A DNA stretch of 64,000 bases from Amphiscolops sp. MND2022 (Eukaryota): positions 71,054,001 to 71,118,000 of the forward strand of contig OZ076409.1 of NCBI GenBank assembly GCA_964187785.1. The letters are read 5' to 3'. The translations under genes and the position numbers were made by a program. Positions 1-8,084 of this stretch are shown here, piece after piece; position 1 is the stretch's first letter; each line of letters opens with the position of its first letter. Below the pieces are notes generated by a model. The model searched no databases. It was given only the letters and a program-made list of their open reading frames with translations, and was not told the origin of the DNA.

Positions 1-904
1 TGCCATATATCAAAAGTAGGTTTAGACAAGGACCTATCGGAAACATGTGGTTTGGGACCCCCTGGACCAACCCGTTAGCAGGAAATGGGGCTTCCGGCCC
101 GTTTTTTTACGGTTAAAAACGGAAAATGGGCATTGAGGGGTAAATATCTCGTGAACGCGTGGAGCTACGGTGTCCTTCACTACTACAAGGTTTCATACCC
201 ATGATATGGTGCCTTCAGGGGGGCAAACAGATTTCCGCTATCTATCACCGTTACGGACTTGGCCCCCCAGCCTAACCGCTAAGTGACCGGAAATGTCACT
301 TTTTGAGCCCAAAGGGTCGGTCCCAGCCAGGGAACGTTAGGTAACTTATTGTAGTACTCATTGAGATGAGTTGGGGGACATAGTTTCAGTCACCCCCCGT
401 TACCCCTTAAGACCGGAAATGACCGTTATGTGAGTAAATTTGCCGTTTTTGTCCTATTTGAAGGGCATTTAGATGCGGAAGGAGTGGTAATAGGTGCTTG
501 GACACTATATGAGGTAAGGGAGGATATGAGGCGAGCATTCGGAAATAACAGTTATGTTGACCCCAAAGTCCCCCTGGTACCGTAAACGACCGGAAATGGT
601 CAAATTTTGTGTTTCTAGGGCACAAATGTTTGGTTTTTTAAGCATTAAAGTACAGGTTAGGTGTTTCGACGTTCTGCAGTAGTGAACATAGTCATGAAAC
701 CTTGTGGGGGGTAACGGTATACAGCACCGGAAGTCCAAACCGTTGGTCATAGAATAGGTTTTTGGTTACAAAATGTCTTCAGCCGTAGTTTTGTTGGTTG
801 AATTGTCATAATATCAACTATTATGGACTTGTAATGGAAGTAAAATTTTTTCACATTAGTTTCAGGGACCTCCAATGTTTCAGTCAACATAACCGTTACA
901 TTTT

Positions 905-948
905 GATAGCCTGTCAAGTTGGCCTGGTGTCAACTTGGAAGGGCTATC
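905..948 (+). other. Representative ~44-nt bulged hairpin of classes H, B and C
   Basis: GATAGCC..CAAGTTGGC-CTGGT-GTCAACTTG..GGCTATC; variants at 6113-6155 and 7732-7776 keep the pairing. Confidence 0.88.
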
Positions 949-1243
949 CTTCTAAAATCGGTATTCACGAATGTTTTTGGGTAGGTATATACTGCATTAG
1001 TACCAATTAGAGCTTCATCAACAGTTTACCAACGACAAAAACTATGTCCTGATGATTCCGTTATTAGAATAAAAGTTAACAAATTTTTGAAAAAGTTGAC
1101 TTTTTACATTTCAAATGTGTCCTAAATGCCAGGAAACCTATTTAAATAACAAAAGGAATTGATTGAAACTAAATATTAGGTTAAAAAAAAGTTACTTCGT
1201 TCCGTTATGGAAGCTGAAACGTCATATAATAGTGTAATTAACG

Positions 1244-1359
1244 TCAACGCCACATACTTTACATCAACGCCCACCGTCCGTAGGCATGCCGAGGCATGCC
1301 TTTCGACGACGTATACCAAATTCCACCCACACAACACCCTCGAGCGCGGTAGCAGCTAG
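1244..1359 (+). other. Representative conserved 3' module: paired TCAACGCC repeats, GGCATGCC palindrome, variable tail, CTAG
   Basis: TCAACGCC at 1244 and 1264; AGGCATGCC-GA-GGCATGCCT at 1282-1301, flanked by CGTC/GACG; CTAG at 1356-1359. Present before every joint. Confidence 0.92.
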
Positions 1360-2330
1360 GTGGCCGTGTCTTTTCGACGTGCTTTTGCATCGAGGAGTGG
1401 GTAGGGCCCCGCGACGACCTAGAAGAATTGGATGCTCACCGAAACGTGCAGAATTCTACGAGATCTCATAGTTTGAGCCATACGATTTTTCTGAAATTTG
1501 GCATGTGGCCTGGAATTGGTGAGTAGGTAAAACGTGTAGGAGGTGATTTTTCCCAAATTCCACTGTGAGACGAGATATGGGCAAATAACGGTCCCAAAAA
1601 TGGCAAAAATGCACTTTTTTCAAGTTTGTCAGCCCATATCTCGTTCCCAGGTGCCCGGAGCGGGACGCGTTAAGCTGATTATAAACTCTAGGGTGTTGAG
1701 GCTGTACGGTGAACTTGGGCCCGTTCCGATCCGACTTGTAGTCTTGGAGAAATAACGGTATTTTTGGGGAACCTTTTCTAACGGTCCAGCTTATCTTTGC
1801 CATTTTTTCGAAAATGTACTCGCCTAAAGGCCTCCCCCTGGCCGAATTTACTCCCAGCAAAACCATTTGGCCCTAAATACGGAGTTTCAGCGTTCCAGCA
1901 TTCCCGGGCGAAAAGTTGTGGGACTTGGAAAATTTTCAAAAATTTTCAAAAAAATTTTTTTTCGTTTTCCGGGCCCCCAATGAAGGGGAAACGACCCCCC
2001 AACCAGTATTTTGAGTGAATTCATGTGGAAAGCCCTTGTTTTGACGAGAAAAATACCGTTTAGAACATCTTTTTATCTTGACTCAACGTTGACTTATGAC
2101 GTTTTGAATGTGATGTAAGGATGTAGGAGGCATGTGATAAGTTGATGTTTTGAGTCTTTATCTCATATGAAAGCGGTTGAGATGCAAGCTGTCCTGCTCA
2201 AAACGTCTTTCGTTGTAATTTTCCAGTGCACCAATACCCTTTGGTGTCATATAAACATACTTTTTGTCGATATATTAACAATTTTAATGTATTTATTCCA
2301 ATTTTTATTATCTTATAACTCAAAACAGTT

Positions 2331-2373
2331 GAGTACATTTCATCTCCCTTTCGGGGGAGATGAGAATGTACTC
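2331..2373 (+). other. Representative ~43-nt bulged hairpin of the 1.3-kb classes
   Basis: GAGTACATTTCATCTCCC..GGGAGATGAGAATGTACTC with one extrahelical purine; seen in classes A, D and F. Confidence 0.88.
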
Positions 2374-2559
2374 GCTAAAGACCTAGCGCCATGACCAAAA
2401 GTTTGAAACCCACGTTTTTTATCTTCTTACAGACTTGTTTTTGTATTTTTTCGGAATTTTTTAAAAATTAATATACTTGAAATACATTACTTGACTTTAC
2501 TACTACAACCCACCTCCAACGACAACGCCCCCCTGCTTGCATCAACGCCCACCGTCCGT

Positions 2560-2579
2560 GGGCATGCCGAGGCATGCCC
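2560..2579. promoter_or_regulatory. Palindrome GGGCATGCCGAGGCATGCCC: hairpin and 19/20 match to the p53-family response element (representative of 42 copies)
   Basis: Two abutting decamers, GGGCATGCCG and AGGCATGCCC, against the consensus RRRCWWGYYY. The sequence match is direct; function is inferred. Confidence 0.4.
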
Positions 2580-3896
2580 TTCGACGACGTATGCCAAATG
2601 CCCAGTGCCACGCAGTCATTATCGCTAGGTGGCCGTGTCTTTTCGACGTGCTTTTGCATCGAGGAGTGGGTAGGGCCCCGCGACGACCTAGAAGAATTGG
2701 ATGCTCACCGAAACGTGCAGAATTCTACGAGATCTCATAGTTTGAGCCATACGATTTTTCTGAAATTTGGCATGTGGCCTGGAATTGGTGAGTAGGTAAA
2801 ACGTGCAGGAGGTGATTTTTCCCAAATTCCACTGTGAGACGAGATATGGGCAAATAACGGTCCCAAAAATGGCAAAAATGCACTTTTTTCAACTTTGTCA
2901 GCCCATATCTCGTTCCCAGGTGCCCGGAGCGGGACGCGTTAAGCTGATTATAAACTCTAGGGTGTTGAGGCTGTACGGGGAAGTCAGGCCCGTTCCGATC
3001 GGACTTGTAGTCTTGGAGAAATAACGGTATTTTTGGGGAACCTTTTCTAACGGTCCAGCTTATCTTTGCCATTTTTTCGAAAATGTACTCGCCTAAAGGC
3101 CTCCCCCTGGCCGAATTTACTCCCAGCAAAACCATTTGGCCCTAAATACGGAGTTTCAGCGTTCCAGCATTCCCGGGCGAAAAGTTGTGGGACTTGGAAA
3201 ATTTTCAAAAATTTTCAAAAATTTTTTTTTCGTTTTCCGGGCCCCCAATGAAGGGGAAACGACCCCCCAACAAGTATTTTGAGTGAATTCATGTGGAAAG
3301 CCCTTGTTTTGACGAGAAAAATACCGTTTAGAACATCTTTTTATCTTGACTCAACGTTGACTTATGACGTTTTGAATGTGATGTAAGGATGTAGGAGGCA
3401 TGTGATAAGTTGATGTTTTGAGTCTTTATCTCATATGAAAGCGGTTGAGATGCAAGCTGTCCTGCTCAAAACGTCTTTCGTTGTAACTTTCCAGTGCACC
3501 AATACCCTTTGGTGTCATATAAACATACTTTTTGTCGATATATTAACAATTTTAATGTATTTATTCCAATTTTTATTATCTTATAACTCAAAACAGTTGA
3601 GTACATTTCATCTCCCTTTCGGGGGAGATGAGAATGTACTCGCTAAAGACCTAGCGCCATGACCAAAAATTTGAAACCCACGTTTTTTATCTTCTTACAG
3701 ACTTGTTTTTGTATTTTTTCGGAATTTTTTAAAAATTAATATACTTGAAATACATTACTTGACTTTACTACTACAACCCACCTCCAACGACAACGCCCCC
3801 CTGCTTGCATCAACGCCCACCGTCCGTGGGCATGCCGAGGCATGCCCTTCGACGACGTATGCCAAATGCCCAGTGCCACGCAGTCATTATCGCTAG

Positions 3897-6695
3897 GTGG
3901 CGGGGGGCTGTCCCCAATAGAATATAGTGAGGTAGGGTAGGGTTCCCTACCGAACATTCAGTACTGAAGGACTCTTGTAGTATGAAAATTTTTCGATGTT
4001 TTGAGACCGATTTCGGATTCCACCCGTCAGAAGTTTATGATTTTTTGGCCCCCACCCAGATTTTGGGCACTGATCGCCCCCCACCAGGTTCCATACCCGT
4101 GGTTTCGTTGTGACGGGTACACGAGCGACCGTTAGGGGTCAATCAGGGGGTAAAATTTATAAAAGTGTGAATAACTTTTCCCCCCGTCGTTTTAGCAGGT
4201 CCGGTCACTAGTAAAGGTTTGTTGGGCATCATGCAGTGGGTACGGGGGGCCAAACAAAAATTTTCTATCATGCACCGTTACGGACTTGGCCCCCCGCCCA
4301 AACCGCTATTTTACCGGAAATTGCACTTTTTGAACGGGAAGGAGTCGTCTGAGCGCGGAGTCGTTTGGTAATGTTTTGTAGAGCATCTGAAGACGTGGTG
4401 GGGGACATGTAGTTTGCCGACCCCAGTTTACCCCTCGGACGGGAAATGACCGTTATGTTAGTTTTAAAATTGCCCCCCGTCAACTTTAACCGCTATTTCT
4501 GGTGTGAAGGAGTCGGAACAGCGTGTCGGGTGCTATATATCAAAAGTAGCTTTAAACAAGGACCTATCAGAAACATGTGGTTTGGGACCCTTTGAACGGA
4601 CCCGTTAGCCGGAAATAGGGTGACCGCCTCCTTTTTTTGGTGTTAAAACCGTAAAACGGGCATTAAAGTGAAATTATCTCGTGAACGCGTGGAGCAATCG
4701 TGTCCATCACTCCTACAAGGTTTCATACCCATGACATGGTGTCTTCAGGGGGGCAAACAGATCAGCGCTATCTATCACCGTTACGGACTTTGCCCCCCAG
4801 CCTAACCGCTATATTACCGGAAACTGCCCTTTTTGACCGGGAAGGAGTCGTCTGAGAGTGGAGTCGTTAAGTAATGTTTTGTAGAGCATCTAGAGACGTG
4901 TTGGGGGACATGTAGTTTGCCGACCCCTGTTTACCCCTCGGACGGGAAATGACCGGTATGTTAGTTTTAAAATTGCCCCCCGTCAACTTTAACCGCTATT
5001 TCTGGTGTGAAGGAGTCGGAATAGCGTGTCGGGTGCTACATATCAAAAGTAGCTTTAAACAAGGACCTATCAGAAACATGTGGTTTGGGACCCTTGGAAC
5101 GGACCCGTTAGCCGGAAATAGGGTGACCGCCCCCTTTTTCTGCGGTTAAAATTGTAAAACGGGCATTGAAGTGGAATTATCTTGGAAACGCGTGGAGCTA
5201 TAGTGTCCTTCACTACTACAAGGTTTCATACTCAAGATACGGTGCCTTCAGGGGGGAAAACAGATTACCGCTATATATCACCGTTACGGACTTGGCCCCC
5301 CAGCCTAACCGCTATGTTACCGGAAATGTCATTTTTTGAGCCAAAAGGGTTAGTCCCAGCGTGGGAACGTCAGGTAACTTTATGTAGAACTCAATGAGAC
5401 GAGTTGGGGGATATGGTTTCAGTCACCCCCCGTTGACCCGTTAGACCGGAAACGACCGTTATGTAGTGAAAAATGTAATTTTTATACTTTTTGAAGGCCA
5501 TTTAGGGCAGGAAGTATCGGTAATATGTCTTTGGACAGTATACAATGAAAGTTTTGGTGTGAAACAAGCAATCTGAAATATCCGTTATTATGATTCGGAA
5601 GTCACACTAACAGCGAAAATGACCGTTATGTAGTGAAAATTTTTTTCACATTTTTTTTGCTTTCGATAGGTCCTTCAAGCCAAGAAGTAGCTGTATTAGG
5701 TCTTTGGCCACTTTATGATGATTGTGGTGTTGTGAGATGACCGTACGAACTTGACCTTTATAATGCCCCTGAAGTTGCTGCGGCACGAGAAATTTCAGAA
5801 AGTTTGTCTTTTCTGTGTTTTGTTGGAATAAACATTTAATTTCATTAAACCAATGTGCATTCAGGGTGTTTAGAAAGCTTCAAGAAAAGAATTTAATAGG
5901 AAACATGGCGGTGAGAAATAACAAATTGCCACGTAAATCCAACCCCCGTTGGGGAATAAATGTAATAAATTGTTTTGGAAGTGCCAATCGACGTGTATTT
6001 GCGGATCATAGCCACGGTATTGTCTATTCGTGTTTCTTTTTGAAGACTTTGAACATTTTCACTTTATCAGCTTGAGGTTTTAACTCTATATGCTTAATAA
6101 CCGTTACAATATGATAGCCCTCAAGTTGACCTTGTGTCAACTTGAAAGGGCTATCCTTTCACAACTGCGCAGCAACAGTGTGATTGAGTGATTTAGTTAT
6201 TATCCAAGGCCAATTTGAACTTCAACAAGATTTTAACCACAATATTTAAAACTATTCATATGATTCTTTCAAAAGGGTAAATATTTAACTAATATTTGAC
6301 AAAAAAACTCCAACCTTTAATTTGTGGACCGAATAGTAGGAAAACCATGTTTCTTAACGTTGTTGGATGAAATTCAAAATGATGCTTTTAAAAGAATAAC
6401 AATTCTTGACACTATATATTTTTTCTATTTTCCAATAAACTATTTTTCCAAAAGTCTATTTTTCCAATAAACATTGTTGATTGATGCCCATTCATAGTGA
6501 CTGGAAAGTTTTACCAACTGTGGTGTTTTTTTTTAATCAGAGGTGAAACCGCTCCCTACCGTCGCATAATGTAATTCAAGCCGACGCCCACATGCCAACA
6601 TCAACGCCCACCGTCCGTAGGCATGCCGAGGCATGCCTTTCGACGACGTATGCCAAATCACGCCCCTGCGAGGTCAGTAAAGCGGTAGCGGCTAG
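3897..6695 (+). mobile_element. Singleton class B unit (2799 bp), diverged relative of class H with an extra 503-bp subrepeat
   Basis: Head GTGGCGGGGGGCTGTCCCC; body aligns by eye to class H; GATAGCC-type hairpin at 6113-6155; shared 3' module. Confidence 0.6.
4273..5460 (+). repeat. Internal direct repeat with 503-bp period (two full copies plus a diverging third)
   Basis: CACCGTTACGGACTT starts at 4273, 4776 and 5279, with long colinear similarity between the first two copies. Confidence 0.9.
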
Positions 6696-8084
6696 GTGGT
6701 TGGGGCGGTCCCCAGAACGCACAAGGAGGCGCGGGGAGGGTCCTGCGCCGACGTAGAATAATTTCATATAATACTAGTATCCTACATGGGTGTTTTAGAG
6801 GCGATTTTGGAATCTAACCGTAGGATTTGGATAATTTTTTGCATGCGGCCATAACTCGAAATTCTAAGAACTTTTTCCTACTGTCATTTTCCCCGCAAAT
6901 TGTTTTTTGTTGACTTATGGCCGAAAAACCGGAAATAACGTCCTTTTTAGACGTTATATCCGAAGTGTCGTCATAACTTTTTTCCAGGGCATGCTAGCGT
7001 TCTCGTTCACTTTTACACTTAGTTGCAGCATCTCAAAATACAACTGGTGGAAAATTTTGGTTGCATTCGGATCACCCCCCACCGAGATAGAAGGGTTCCC
7101 CCCTCCAGTTTTACCCCCCAAAGTTGCAAAATAGTCAAATTTGAGCATGAAGCCGAGGATTTAGCGTACCCGCACTCTCCTGATGTTTTGTTGTACGTAT
7201 TGGGGTCAATCTGACGGCATGTGTGGTTTTCACCCCCAACCCCCCCTTGGACCGGAAATGACACTTTTTTGTGTTTTTTGGCAGAATTTAGCCTTTTTCA
7301 TTATTAGGCAGTCGTTTTAGGGACTCCTAGCAGGATATCGAAATTGAAATACAACCTGATCACAACCCAGTGACAACATGTTGGCCACTTGGAGGTATCA
7401 TCATGACCGGAAGTGGGGTCAACCCCCCTTTTTGTGACCGCTTTTTGACCTTGTGCACCAAAATGCCAACATCTTGAGGCCTAATGAGGCATTCAAATCT
7501 GTACAAAGATAAAATGTTAGACAACCGAAGTCCCGGAAGATCTTTAGCATATACCGGAAGTTACCCCCCATGACCGGAAGTTACCCAATGTGACCGGAAA
7601 TGGTCCAAAAATAAATGTAAAGTTGAATTTTTCACTATTTCAAGACCACTTAATTGAAACTTTTCAATCTCAAAACTAGCGTACTGGCTTGTTTTGCTGA
7701 ATTTATGGAAATTGATAAGCTCTATCGCCCCCGATAGCCTTCGAAGTTGACCTTGCGTCAACTTTGGAGGCTATCGATAAAGAAAAATGAACAACAAAGT
7801 ACATTGTTGCTCTCGTTTTTCTCCCGTTGTTTTCCCTCAAACATTCTTGAGACATATACATGGCCGTTAGTGGAAATCAATATTTAGCCCATGTTATAGC
7901 TGGAGCAGCGAAGCGTTACACAGACTAGTGTGGTTTTGAAATCACACTATTTATATTAACAACTGACCGTCTTAGTCAACTCCACACACTCATACCAACG
8001 CCCACCGTCTGTGGGCATGCCGAGGCATGCCCTTCGACGACGTATGACGAATCCATTCCAAAGACACCCGCAGTCCTCAGCTAG
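6696..8084 (+). mobile_element. Singleton class C unit (1389 bp)
   Basis: Head GTGGTTGGGGCGGTCCCC; distinct body rich in ACCGGAAG; GATAGCC-type hairpin at 7732-7776; shared 3' module. Confidence 0.6.

Larger units (their letters stand above)
1..1359 (+). mobile_element. Partial class H (~2 kb) unit, 3' portion
   Basis: Colinear with the class H units at 43308-57242. Has the GATAGCC-type hairpin (905-948) and the 3' module ending in CTAG. Mobile status is inferred, not shown. Confidence 0.6.
1360..3896 (+). mobile_element. Two class A units (1269 and 1268 bp)
   Basis: Head GTGGCCGTGTCTTTTCGACG; GAGTACATT-type hairpin; tail ATGCCCAGTGCCACGCAGTCATTATCGCTAG. Confidence 0.6.

Noticed and set aside
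1259..1275. Kinetoplast minicircle or megacircle analogy: minus strand GGGCGTTGATGTA resembles CSB-1 and CSB-3, with uniform unit size, bent DNA and a ~48-nt variable cassette
   Set aside because: There is no exact GGGGTTGGTGTA and no CSB-1/2/3 order and spacing, and the windows lack obvious gRNA purine bias. Kept only as an architectural analogy.
1282..1362. Canonical Helitron call
   Set aside because: Hairpin plus CTAG fits, but units start GTG rather than TC, the main hairpin is 40-60 nt from the end, and no RepHel is present. Reported only as Helitron-like.
1397..1412. Telomeric TTAGGG repeats
   Set aside because: Only isolated TAGGG occurs, as a hairpin loop; there are no tandem telomeric runs.
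1474..1510. Group II intron domain V-like GAGCCATACG..GAAA..CATGTGGC
   Set aside because: The upper stem does not pair, it sits near the 5' end rather than the 3' end, and the pairing is not kept in other classes.
1456..1866. 136-aa minus-strand ORF (MVLLGVNSARG...) repeated in seven class A units
   Set aside because: It recurs only because the units are near-identical. It is broken in the other class A subtypes, has no full-length counterpart in D, F or H, and shows no recognisable domain.
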